A stretch of 64,000 nt of DNA from the NCBI GenBank assembly GCA_902612345.1, contig CACMDE010000002.1, forward strand, positions 96,769-160,768. Direction: 5' to 3'. A program made the translations under genes and the position numbers. The notes under the pieces are model-generated. The model was not told the DNA's origin, did no database searches, and saw nothing but the letters and a program-made list of their open reading frames with translations. This DNA is from an uncultured Pelagibacteraceae bacterium (GTDB lineage Bacteria > Pseudomonadota > Alphaproteobacteria > Pelagibacterales > Pelagibacteraceae). This document shows, one piece after another, positions 21,248-30,174 of the stretch. The stretch's first letter is position 1, and the number at the start of each line of letters is the position of its first letter.

Positions 21248-22024
21248 TTACTTTAATCTAAACAAAAAATTATTTTTAAATCTTTCAAAAAAATTTCTAT
21301 TATCACCAAATTTAGGTTCTTCAATTCCTGGTCTACGCTTCCATCTAGCGTAAAAGTATTTAGTTCTTTTAAAAAGAGAATTATCTTTTATATAATAATA
21401 TAAAGCTAAAGATTTTCTACTTATGTTTTTAGGACATTTAATCGGATCTGGAAAACCATGATTGGACTCAGTGTCAGTTCTAAAAATTAAAGCATGATTA
21501 ATCTTAGGATAAAGCTTAAGAAAATTTCTTCTCATTTTTTGATCCCACAATTCAATTGCTCCGCCCCAATTTTCTTCCCATTCTTCGTTCAAATAAACTA
21601 ATAAATTAAGCATTCTTTTAAGCTTTTTTTTTCTTATGTATATAAAGTCTGAATGTATTTTTAAATATCCGCCATTTCCACTTGCGTGCATCCCCCCACC
21701 AAACAAAGATGGGTCAGCAACTAAATTGTTAATTTTAAATTTTTCCTCAAGAATATTGATAAAACTTCTGGAGTTTAAGTAATTTACAGCTTTCTGTATT
21801 TCTCTTGGAAATAAATTATAATCATTTAATGAACGTTTAGTTTTTTGAAATAAAGGATCTGTAGTCAAACCTACTGTTTCCGGAAATTTAAAAGACGAAG
21901 AAATATTTTTAATTATATTATCTGGAAAAAAATCTTTTGTTTCACAATGTCCGTAAGGATCGTTGCTAACTTTTAATATATTTCTGTGATAATTTGTTAA
22001 TTGATTTTCATCAAAATTGTCCAT
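21248..22024 (-). CDS. 2OG-Fe(II) oxygenase family protein
   Basis: GGGMH, IHSDF (HxD), LNLLVYLN, WGGAIELWD, HGFP, RKSLALYYY. Confidence 0.8.
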   Translation of the reverse strand: MDNFDENQLTNYHRNILKVSNDPYGHCETKDFFPDNIIKNISSSFKFPETVGLTTDPLFQKTKRSLNDYNLFPREIQKAVNYLNSRSFINILEEKFKINNLVADPSLFGGGMHASGNGGYLKIHSDFIYIRKKKLKRMLNLLVYLNEEWEENWGGAIELWDQKMRRNFLKLYPKINHALIFRTDTESNHGFPDPIKCPKNISRKSLALYYYIKDNSLFKRTKYFYARWKRRPGIEEPKFGDNRNFFERFKNNFLFRLK

Positions 22025-22404
22025 TAGGATAAATCTATTGCATGTTTTTTTAAAATATCAATCGGTATTAATTTTAAAGTTTTTTCATGCGTCTTTTTTA
22101 AATAAATAGGACAACCTTTGCCTGCTTCAACAGCTCTAGCATACCAACTTGCACACACACACCAATTGTCTCCATCTTTTAATCCTGGAAAACCAAAATT
22201 AGGGTGTGGAGTTATCAAGTCATTACCTGCTTCTTTAAGCCATTCTAAAAACTCTGTATTTACTTTTGCGCAAACTGTATGAACACCACTATCCTTGTTA
22301 TCGGTGTTACAACATCCATCTCTAAACCAACCAGTTAATGGATTTGCTGAACATTCCTCTAGATCCTCTCCTAAGACGTTTCTTTGAATTTTATTTTTGT
22401 CCAT
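22024..22404 (-). CDS. DUF2237 family protein
   Basis: NVLGEDLEECS, PLTGWFRDGCC, GNDLITP, WCVCA. Start moved to ATG 22404. Confidence 0.85.
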   Translation of the reverse strand: MDKNKIQRNVLGEDLEECSANPLTGWFRDGCCNTDNKDSGVHTVCAKVNTEFLEWLKEAGNDLITPHPNFGFPGLKDGDNWCVCASWYARAVEAGKGCPIYLKKTHEKTLKLIPIDILKKHAIDLS

Positions 22405-23041
22405 AAACATTATAAATATCGTCATCAACGGTTGCATTAAACGATATTGATCTTCTTTCCTCATTTGAGTTTTTAAATGGAAATACACAATGCATCATGT
22501 AGTTTGGAAAAAAATACATTTCCCCAACTTTTGGCTCAATATTTATTGTTGACGGAGAAAGAAACATTTTTGAGCCATGAATAAGTTGCAATTGTCCACC
22601 TCTATAATTCATATTTTTTGATTTTAATTTTTGAGTATGGCTACCCAATGAACTTGGTACTTTTAAAAAACCTGCGCCAGATATATGTCCACTGTGCCAA
22701 TGAGTCGGATTGTATTCATTTTCAAATTGTCTTACGACCCACGAAGACTCTATATTAAATTTTGTCATTACTTTGCTAGTTTCTATTTCAATCCACTTTT
22801 TTGAACAAGTTGCTAAAAAATTTAGCCAACCACTTGATTTTATAAATTCAGGCTCTAAATGAAATTCTTGAGTTACATCGCCAACCAAATTTTTTCCATG
22901 ATCTAGTTGAGAGGTTTTATTTTTATCCTCAATAGTTGTATCGACATATTTGTTAAGTTTATTAACGATTTCATTTGGAATTTGCGCCTTAAATACTGAT
23001 GGTCCAAAATTTCTTATAACTGTAAATTTTATATCTGACAT
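22391..23041 (-). CDS. Putative 2OG-Fe(II) oxygenase (TIGR02466-like)
   Basis: W...YNPTHWH, SGAGFLKVP, FPNYMMHCVFP, RRSISFN. Confidence 0.75.
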   Translation of the reverse strand: MSDIKFTVIRNFGPSVFKAQIPNEIVNKLNKYVDTTIEDKNKTSQLDHGKNLVGDVTQEFHLEPEFIKSSGWLNFLATCSKKWIEIETSKVMTKFNIESSWVVRQFENEYNPTHWHSGHISGAGFLKVPSSLGSHTQKLKSKNMNYRGGQLQLIHGSKMFLSPSTINIEPKVGEMYFFPNYMMHCVFPFKNSNEERRSISFNATVDDDIYNVYGQK

Positions 23042-23044
23042 AAA

Positions 23045-23512
23045 TTAAATTTTTGTTGGGTTAGGTTGATCTTTGTATACTTCTTCCGGATCAAACTTTT
23101 TCTCTTTTTCCTCAAAATTCATTTTGATTTGTCTTGCATTATCAATTTCTCCCAAAGGTATCGATCTGTAAAAACAAGATCTATACCCAACATGGCAACT
23201 TGAGCCTTTGCCTATATCTACAGTTAACCAAATTGCGTCTTGATCATCGTCGATTCTAATTTCTTTTACTTTTTGAATAAAGCCACTTGTTTTACCTTTG
23301 TGCCAAATAGATTTTCTTGATCTGCTCCAATAATGTGCCTCTTTTGTTTCAATGGTTAATTTTAAAGCCTCTACGTTCATATACCCGTGCATCAAAATTT
23401 CTTTACTATTGAAGCAAGTCGTTATAACTGGAATTAAACCATCATTATCAAATTTGGGCGACAATAAGTCTCCCTCTTCAATATCGTAGACATTTTCTCT
23501 TTTTTTAAACAT
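23045..23512 (-). CDS. hisI: Phosphoribosyl-AMP cyclohydrolase
   Basis: YWSRSRKSIWHKGKTSG, IDDDQD, CHVGYRSCFY. Confidence 0.93.
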   Translation of the reverse strand: MFKKRENVYDIEEGDLLSPKFDNDGLIPVITTCFNSKEILMHGYMNVEALKLTIETKEAHYWSRSRKSIWHKGKTSGFIQKVKEIRIDDDQDAIWLTVDIGKGSSCHVGYRSCFYRSIPLGEIDNARQIKMNFEEKEKKFDPEEVYKDQPNPTKI

Positions 23513-23587
23513 GATGGCTGTTATGTAGCATATTTATAGTTATATTAAATATTTAAAAAAAATTGATAATTATATATAAACCGCCCT

Positions 23588-24190
23588 ATGAAATTAGTTA
23601 AAGATACAACAAAAGAAGTTGACCAAAAAGTAACCGATAAAGAGGCTGAAGAAGCATTTATTAAAATATTAAATTGGATGGGTGAGGATCCCGCAAGAGA
23701 AGGTCTTATCGAAACTCCAAAAAGAGTCATCAAAGCATTTAAAGAATATTTTAAAGGGTACAACGAAGATCCAAAAAAAGTATTAGAAAAAACTTTTGGC
23801 GATGTTGAAGGATATGACGATATGGTCATTCAAAAAAACATTTCTGTGTTCAGTCACTGCGAACACCATATGGCTCCAATTATTGGAGTTGCACATGTGG
23901 CTTATATACCAAAAGATAGAGTTGTAGGTTTAAGTAAATTAGCAAGAGTAGTTGAAATCTTTTCAAAAAGACTTCAAACTCAAGAGAGACTTACAATGCA
24001 AATAGCAACAACATTAATGGAAGCTCTTGATGCAAAAGGAGTAGCTGTTTCAATAGATTCAACTCATCAGTGTATGACCATGAGAGGTATTAAAAAAGAA
24101 CAAGCAACAACAGTCACAAATTATTATTTAGGTCAGTTTAAAGAAGATTTAAGTTTTCAAAACAGATATTTAAGATTTATTAGTAAGTAA
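23588..24190 (+). CDS. folE: GTP cyclohydrolase I
   Basis: REGLIETPKRV, SHCEHHMAP, GLSKLAR, QTQERLT, HQCMTMRG. Confidence 0.96.
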   Translation: MKLVKDTTKEVDQKVTDKEAEEAFIKILNWMGEDPAREGLIETPKRVIKAFKEYFKGYNEDPKKVLEKTFGDVEGYDDMVIQKNISVFSHCEHHMAPIIGVAHVAYIPKDRVVGLSKLARVVEIFSKRLQTQERLTMQIATTLMEALDAKGVAVSIDSTHQCMTMRGIKKEQATTVTNYYLGQFKEDLSFQNRYLRFISK

Positions 24191-24211
24191 ATCTTCGATA
24201 TAACTCCATCC

Positions 24212-25213
24212 ATGTCTGGTAAATTCAAAGCAATAGTAATCGACAATCAATCTGAAAAATTTTCAAGAGATGTTAAAGAGTTGGATCTAAGTTTTTTAGA
24301 TCAAGGAGATGTTCTTGTTAAAATAGATTATTCAGATTTAAACTATAAAGATGCTTTAATATTAAATGATGGTGGTAAATTGGTAAGAGAGTTTCCCAGA
24401 ATACCAGGTGTTGATTTTTCAGGAAAAGTTTTGGAAAGTAATTCAAATAAATTTAAAAAAGATGATGAAGTAATTTTAACCGGCTGTAGAGTTGGTGAAA
24501 TTTATCATGGTGGATACTCTCAACTAGCTAAAGTTAATAAAGATTTTTTAATTAAAAAACCAAACAACATATCAACAAGAGAATCTATGGTTATGGGCAC
24601 AGCTGGGTTTACTGCTTTGCTTTGTGCATTAGCAATTAATGCCCGCGAAGCTATTCTTTTAGGAGAAAAAGTTAACGAAGTACTTGTGACTGGTGCAACA
24701 GGTGGAGTAGGATCTGTTGCTGTTATGGCATTAACAAAAATGGGATACAATGTAACCGCGGTAACAGGAAAGCCAGAAAACACAGAATTACTTAAAAAAT
24801 TAGGTGCAAAAAACGTTATAAATAGATCAGAATTTGAAGGTGAGCCAAAAATACTTGGAAAAGCAATCTGGGATGGCGTAGTTGATACTGTAGGTGGAAA
24901 TGTATTAGCACATGCAATAACTCAAACTAAACACTCTGGAATTGTTGCAGCCTGTGGAAATGCAGGAGGTGTAAAATTAAATACTAATGTAATGCCTTTC
25001 ATTTTAAGAGGTGTTAAACTTTGGGGGATTGATTCAATTCAAGTAAGCATGAAGAGAAGGGAATTTGTTTGGTCTCAGGTAGAGAAATTAATTGATTTTA
25101 AAATTTTAGAAGAACTTGTACAAGTTATAAGTTTGGATGAACTTATGAATATTTTTCCTAAAATGTTAAAAGGACAAACTTCAGGAAGAATTGTAGTAGA
25201 TGTGAATAAGTAA
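24212..25213 (+). CDS. acuI: Acryloyl-CoA reductase AcuI/YhdH (MDR family)
   Basis: LNYKDAL, PGVDFSG, GTAGFTA, VTGATGGVGS, VMPFILRGVKLWGIDS. Confidence 0.85.
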   Translation: MSGKFKAIVIDNQSEKFSRDVKELDLSFLDQGDVLVKIDYSDLNYKDALILNDGGKLVREFPRIPGVDFSGKVLESNSNKFKKDDEVILTGCRVGEIYHGGYSQLAKVNKDFLIKKPNNISTRESMVMGTAGFTALLCALAINAREAILLGEKVNEVLVTGATGGVGSVAVMALTKMGYNVTAVTGKPENTELLKKLGAKNVINRSEFEGEPKILGKAIWDGVVDTVGGNVLAHAITQTKHSGIVAACGNAGGVKLNTNVMPFILRGVKLWGIDSIQVSMKRREFVWSQVEKLIDFKILEELVQVISLDELMNIFPKMLKGQTSGRIVVDVNK

Positions 25214-25214
25214 T

Positions 25215-26105
25215 ATGGATTGGGATAAGCTAAAAATATTTCATGCAGTTGCAGAAGCTGGAAGTTTTACCAGTGCGACTATAAATTTAAACTTAAGTCA
25301 ATCAGCTATTAGTAGGCAAATTCAAGCATTAGAAGATGATCTTAAAGTAAAGTTGTTTGAAAGGCATGCAAGAGGACTTACTCTTACTGAAAATGGAGAA
25401 TATGTATTTAAAACTGCACATGAAGTAATTTCAAAGTTGAAAGAGGTTGAAACCACTCTAGGAGATAAAAAAACAAAACCGTCAGGAAAATTAACTGTAA
25501 CAACTGTTGTTAGTTTTGGCACAACCTGGTTAACCCCAAGAATTCAAGAATTTATGCAGCTAAATCCTGAAATAGAAGTGGAGTTAATTTTTGACGACAA
25601 AGAGCTAGATTTAAGCACTAGACAGGCAGATATTGGAATTTTTATGAGAAGACCAAAACAATTAAATTACATACAAAAAAAATTGATAGATATTAATTAC
25701 CATATTTATGGATCACCAAAATATCTTGAAAAATATGGTTATCCTAAAACTGTAAATGACCTTAATAAACATAGCTTTATTTCTTTTGGTAGAGGTGCAC
25801 CTTCACCAGTCTATGATCCTGATTGGGCGTTAAAACTAGGGATGAAAGATAATAAAAAGAGAAAGCCACTAATGAAAGTGAATAGTGTTTATGGTTTGTT
25901 ATTAGCGGTTCAAAGTGGAGTAGGTTTAGCTGCAATTCCAGATTATTTAACAGTTAAGCAGCCCAATATAGTAAAAGTACTTCCAAATGTTGAAGGGCCA
26001 ATTACTGAGGCTCATTTCGTATATCCTCAATCTCTAAAAAACGTTGCAAGAGTTCAAGCATTTAGAAATTTCCTATATAGTAAGATTTCCGAGTGGGAAT
26101 TTTAA
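25215..26105 (+). CDS. LysR family regulator, alphaproteobacterial LsrB/VtlR-like
   Basis: MDWDKLKIFHAVAEAGSFT...LSQSAISRQI...LFERHARGL N-terminus. Confidence 0.85.
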   Translation: MDWDKLKIFHAVAEAGSFTSATINLNLSQSAISRQIQALEDDLKVKLFERHARGLTLTENGEYVFKTAHEVISKLKEVETTLGDKKTKPSGKLTVTTVVSFGTTWLTPRIQEFMQLNPEIEVELIFDDKELDLSTRQADIGIFMRRPKQLNYIQKKLIDINYHIYGSPKYLEKYGYPKTVNDLNKHSFISFGRGAPSPVYDPDWALKLGMKDNKKRKPLMKVNSVYGLLLAVQSGVGLAAIPDYLTVKQPNIVKVLPNVEGPITEAHFVYPQSLKNVARVQAFRNFLYSKISEWEF

Positions 26106-26143
26106 TAAATTAAGCAAAAACGTCGCAGTTACAATATTGATAT

Positions 26144-26174
26144 TGATAATCATTCTCAATGCGAATAGTTATCA
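26144..26174 (+). promoter_or_regulatory. Tandem Fur-type boxes upstream of the Fe(III) ABC transporter
   Basis: TGATAAT-C-ATTCTCA (26144-26158) and TGCGAAT-A-GTTATCA (26160-26174) match the 7-1-7 TGATAATnATTATCA consensus. Confidence 0.8.
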
Positions 26175-26208
26175 TTTTCATATAACTTATGCGTAGAAAT
26201 GGAGATAA

Positions 26209-27237
26209 ATGAAAAAAATAACAAATTTGGCTTTAATAATCTCATTATTTGTATCAACTTTTGCAATTGCTGCTGAGGTAAATATTTTCAATGCAAGACA
26301 TTATAAAGCTGATGCTGATCTTTATGGAAAGTTTGAAGCAAAAACTGGAATAAAGGTAAATTTAATTAACGGTAAATCAGGTGCCTTAGAAAAAAGAATA
26401 CTTGAAGAGGGAGCTGACTCATCTGCAGACCTTTACATTACAGCTGATGCTGGAAGATGTGGTGCTATGGATGCAAAGGGTGCGCTTCAAATGGGTTTGA
26501 CTTCTGCAACCATCAAAGCAGCTGTTCCAAAAACCTTTAGAACAAGTAAGTGGGTTGGAATCGCTAAAAGAGCTAGAATAATTTATTATTCACCTGAGAG
26601 AGTTACAGGCGCTGAATTATCTGGAATGACTTACGAAGGTTTGGCTGATCCAAAATGGAAAGGTAGATTAGTAATAAGAAAATCTAGTAATATTTATAAT
26701 AAATCTCTTGTAGCTTCATTAATTGCTAATAATGGTAAAAAAGCTGCAGCAGCATGGGCAGAGGGAGTTGTAGCTAACATGGCTAGAACACCAGAAGGTA
26801 ATGATAGAGCTCAAATAATGGCAGTAGCCGCTGGAGAAGCGGACATTGCCGTTGCTAATACATACTATTTAGCTCTCATGTTATCAGGTAAAAAAGGTCC
26901 TGAACAACAAGAAGCTGCTAAAAAAGTAAAAGCTTTCTTTCCAAATCAAAATGACAGAGGAACACACATGAATGTTAGCTGTGCTGCACTAGTAAAAGGC
27001 GCTCCTAACAAAGCAAATGCAGTTGCTCTTGTGGAGTATCTATTAACACCTGAAGCACAAGAACACTTTACAAATAACACTTTTGAGTTTCCAATGATTG
27101 ATGGTGTTTCACCAAGTCCATTAGTAGTAAACAACTTAGGATTAGATTTCAAACAAGACATGAAAACTAAGTTAGCTTCTTATGGAAAAAACCAAGCTGC
27201 TGCAGTAGAAATAATGACAGCTGCTGGATGGAAATAG
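26209..27237 (+). CDS. fbpA: Fe(III) ABC transporter substrate-binding protein (FutA/FbpA/Sfu type)
   Basis: Signal peptide, ARHY, RARII, NIYNKSL, GNDRAQI, ANTYY iron-ligand Tyr pair. Confidence 0.92.
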   Translation: MKKITNLALIISLFVSTFAIAAEVNIFNARHYKADADLYGKFEAKTGIKVNLINGKSGALEKRILEEGADSSADLYITADAGRCGAMDAKGALQMGLTSATIKAAVPKTFRTSKWVGIAKRARIIYYSPERVTGAELSGMTYEGLADPKWKGRLVIRKSSNIYNKSLVASLIANNGKKAAAAWAEGVVANMARTPEGNDRAQIMAVAAGEADIAVANTYYLALMLSGKKGPEQQEAAKKVKAFFPNQNDRGTHMNVSCAALVKGAPNKANAVALVEYLLTPEAQEHFTNNTFEFPMIDGVSPSPLVVNNLGLDFKQDMKTKLASYGKNQAAAVEIMTAAGWK

Positions 27238-27408
27238 ATGAAAGAAAAAACAAAATTTATTTCTGATATCGATTATAATAAATCTTCCAAGCCGTGTTCT
27301 CCATGTGCTGCGGAGTGTAAAAAGATCGACAAAAGAATAAATAAAAGAAAACTTTCAGAAGTTAGAGCTAAGGAGGTTCCGCATATCCTAAAAGTATTTA
27401 ATTTTTGA
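27238..27408 (+). CDS. Small basic protein with CxxCxxxC motif (56 aa, not in ORF track)
   Basis: ATG immediately follows the fbpA stop (TAGATG). Translation MKEKTKFISDIDYNKSSKPCSPCAAECKKIDKRINKRKLSEVRAKEVPHILKVFNF fills most of an unusually long gap. Confidence 0.6.
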   Translation: MKEKTKFISDIDYNKSSKPCSPCAAECKKIDKRINKRKLSEVRAKEVPHILKVFNF

Positions 27409-27418
27409 TTTTCTTAAA

Positions 27419-27457
27419 TAGTGTCCATGTTTAGGCTTCCCCTTTTCATGGACACTA
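27419..27457 (+). promoter_or_regulatory. 11-bp perfect stem with 17-nt pyrimidine-rich loop
   Basis: TAGTGTCCATG-(TTTAGGCTTCCCCTTTT)-CATGGACACTA; no U-tract after the stem. Confidence 0.6.
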
Positions 27458-27491
27458 ATACTTTCCATGTTTATAAGGCGGATTATAAATT

Positions 27492-29111
27492 ATGAGAATA
27501 AACAGCTGGTACATTTCTTCTTTTTTAATTTCAATTATAGTTGTAATTCCAATCATAACTATATTTTCAAGTTTTTTTCAGGACACATCTAACTATTTCG
27601 AAATTCTTAAAGAAACTTTTTTTTTGGAATATGTTTTTAATTCTTTATTTCTTTTATTTGGAGTTTTATTTTTAACTTTCTTTTTAGGAGTAGGCTCTGC
27701 TTATATAGTTTCATTTTATGAATTTCCAGGATCCAATTTTTTTAAATGGGCCTTAATTCTTTCATTTGCTGTACCACCATACATTTACGCTTACTCTTTA
27801 TTTGCGTTTTTTGAAAATTATGGAACAGCATTTACAATTTTAAAATTTTTATTTGGGGATGGAAATTATAATCAACATATTCCAAAATTTAGTGGTATGT
27901 TTGGTTTAATATTATCAATTTCATTTTCTCTTTTTGCCTATGTTTACATACTTGCAAGATCCTCATTTTTATATCAATCACAAAACTTAATAGAATTAGG
28001 CAAAAACCTTGGTTTTTCGAAATTTAAATGTTTCTATTCAATAATTTTACCCGCTGCAAGGCCCGCTATAGTTGCTGGATTATCATTAGTGGCAATGGAA
28101 ACATTAGCTGAGTTTGGTGCTGTAGATTTCTTTTCAGTAAACACTCTAACTACTGGTATTTATAATGCCTGGATAGCCTTTGATGACTTAGCATTTGCAA
28201 ACCGCATATCTTTTTTTCTTTTATTGTTTATTTTTATATTGTTCCTAACTGAGAATTTATCTAGGAGAAAAGCACGATACCATCTGGAGGCTAAGGGTGG
28301 GTTTAAGAAAAAGCAAAAAACTAAACTTTATGGCCATAAGGCTTATTATGCATTTTCATTTTGTTTTATTTTATTTTTTCTAAGTTTTCTATTTCCGCTA
28401 AGTCAAATGTTATACTGGACAATTAAATTTCCAGAAAATTTATATGACTTAAATATAATTAATCTTTTATTAAATACTTTATATTTAGTTTTTTTATCAA
28501 GTCTTGTATTAATATTTTTTGCTTTAATATCTAATTATGGAAATAGAATTTCAAATAAAAAAATATTAAATGTATTATCTACTCTATCAATTTCTGGTTA
28601 TGCTATACCTGGGGTTATTCTAGCGATAGCTTTCATTACTTTTGTTGCTTGGTTTGATGAGAATATAATTAAGACATTAGGTTTTTTATCTATAAAAAAA
28701 ATATTTATAGGGTCAGTTTTAGGTTTAGTTATAGTTTACTTTATAAGATTTTACTCATTAGCTTTTAATGGAATTAAGTCTGGATATGAGAAAATGAATA
28801 TTTCTGTTGATGAAAGTGCTTATCTTCTTGGATATTCTAAAACAAAAACTTTTTTAAATATTCACATTCCTTACTTAAGAAATTATCTGTTGTTTGTAAT
28901 TATATTGGTTTCATTAGAAATAGTTAGAGAATTACCAATCACACTAATTTTAAGACCTTTTAATTTTGAGACTTTTGCAACTACTGCATATATTTCTGCT
29001 TCTGAGGATTTATTAGAGGCTGCTGCAGTCCCATCCTTATGTTTGATTATAATTGCAAGTTTCTTTATTTTACTTACTTCAAAATATATCTTAAGAGAGA
29101 GAAGTGAATAA
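27492..29111 (+). CDS. fbpB: Fe(III) ABC transporter permease
   Basis: Two permease repeats; LPAARPAIVAGLSLVAMETLAEFG, RELPITLILRPFNFET. Confidence 0.92.
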   Translation: MRINSWYISSFLISIIVVIPIITIFSSFFQDTSNYFEILKETFFLEYVFNSLFLLFGVLFLTFFLGVGSAYIVSFYEFPGSNFFKWALILSFAVPPYIYAYSLFAFFENYGTAFTILKFLFGDGNYNQHIPKFSGMFGLILSISFSLFAYVYILARSSFLYQSQNLIELGKNLGFSKFKCFYSIILPAARPAIVAGLSLVAMETLAEFGAVDFFSVNTLTTGIYNAWIAFDDLAFANRISFFLLLFIFILFLTENLSRRKARYHLEAKGGFKKKQKTKLYGHKAYYAFSFCFILFFLSFLFPLSQMLYWTIKFPENLYDLNIINLLLNTLYLVFLSSLVLIFFALISNYGNRISNKKILNVLSTLSISGYAIPGVILAIAFITFVAWFDENIIKTLGFLSIKKIFIGSVLGLVIVYFIRFYSLAFNGIKSGYEKMNISVDESAYLLGYSKTKTFLNIHIPYLRNYLLFVIILVSLEIVRELPITLILRPFNFETFATTAYISASEDLLEAAAVPSLCLIIIASFFILLTSKYILRERSE

Positions 29112-30153
29112 TTTTTTTGAAATTAAAAATGCTACATTTAAAGTTTCTGGCTCAGAAAAAGTTAAAAATGTTTCCTTTTCAATAAAAAATGAGGGAGATA
29201 TTGTATGTTTGCTTGGACCATCTGGAATAGGAAAAACAACTATTTTAAGATCTATTGCTGGATTAGAAAAAATATCTCAAGGTGAAATAATTCTTAAAGA
29301 AAAAACTTTATCTTCAGAAAAAACTCACATTGAGCCAGAAGATAGAAAGATTGCTCTTTCGTTTCAGGAAAATAGTTTATTTCCTCACTACACAATTGAA
29401 AAAAATATTAAATTATCTTCAAGAAATAACAATAAGGATCAGATAAATATTAATGAATTAATTAAAATTTTAAATTTAGAAAATATCTTAAATAAATTTC
29501 CCCATCAAATTAGTGCTGGAGAAGCGCAAAGAGCTTCACTAGCGAGATCGCTGAATTCAAACCCTGATTTATTATTGCTTGACGAACCTCTTTCAAATGT
29601 TGATCAAAGTTTTAAAGAGGAGATACAAGTAAAATTGAAACAGATACTTAAAAAGCTTAAGATAACAACAATTATAGTTACTCATGATTCTTACGAAGCA
29701 TTTTATTTGGGAGATAAATGTGGCGTAATTTTAGATAAAGAACTTAAGCAATTTGATAATCCTTACAATGTGTATCATTTTCCAAATTCCGAAAAAGTAG
29801 TTAAGTTTCTAAATAGAGGTGTTTTAATTCCTGCAAAGGTTACTAGTCCAAAAAGTCTAGAAAATGAGGATCTAGGCATAATTACTGGCAATTTTGTAAA
29901 TCCTGTTGAGATTGGAACAAATGTAAAATTACTTTTGCAGCCTGAAGATTTACAACACGATGATAAAAGTAATTTAAAATTTGATGTTATTGATATAAAA
30001 TTTAGAGGTACTAGTTTTATTTATACTTTGAAAACTAGTTCTGAAAATTTGTTACCAGTATTTGTTCACTCGCACCATGTTCATCAACATGAAATTAACG
30101 ATAAATTTGGAATTCGAAAGCCTATACATATAGAACATATTGTTTGTTTCTAA
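29104..30153 (+). CDS. fbpC: Fe(III) ABC transporter ATP-binding subunit
   Basis: GPSGIGKT, ISAGEAQR, LLLDEP, VTHD; His-rich C-terminus. Confidence 0.88.
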   Translation: MNNFFEIKNATFKVSGSEKVKNVSFSIKNEGDIVCLLGPSGIGKTTILRSIAGLEKISQGEIILKEKTLSSEKTHIEPEDRKIALSFQENSLFPHYTIEKNIKLSSRNNNKDQININELIKILNLENILNKFPHQISAGEAQRASLARSLNSNPDLLLLDEPLSNVDQSFKEEIQVKLKQILKKLKITTIIVTHDSYEAFYLGDKCGVILDKELKQFDNPYNVYHFPNSEKVVKFLNRGVLIPAKVTSPKSLENEDLGIITGNFVNPVEIGTNVKLLLQPEDLQHDDKSNLKFDVIDIKFRGTSFIYTLKTSSENLLPVFVHSHHVHQHEINDKFGIRKPIHIEHIVCF

Positions 30154-30174
30154 TTTGAGTGATAAATAATAATT

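Noticed and set aside
22405-22488. N-terminal extension of the DUF2237 ORF
   Set aside because: It lies inside the upstream oxygenase gene; the family motif starts right after ATG 22404.
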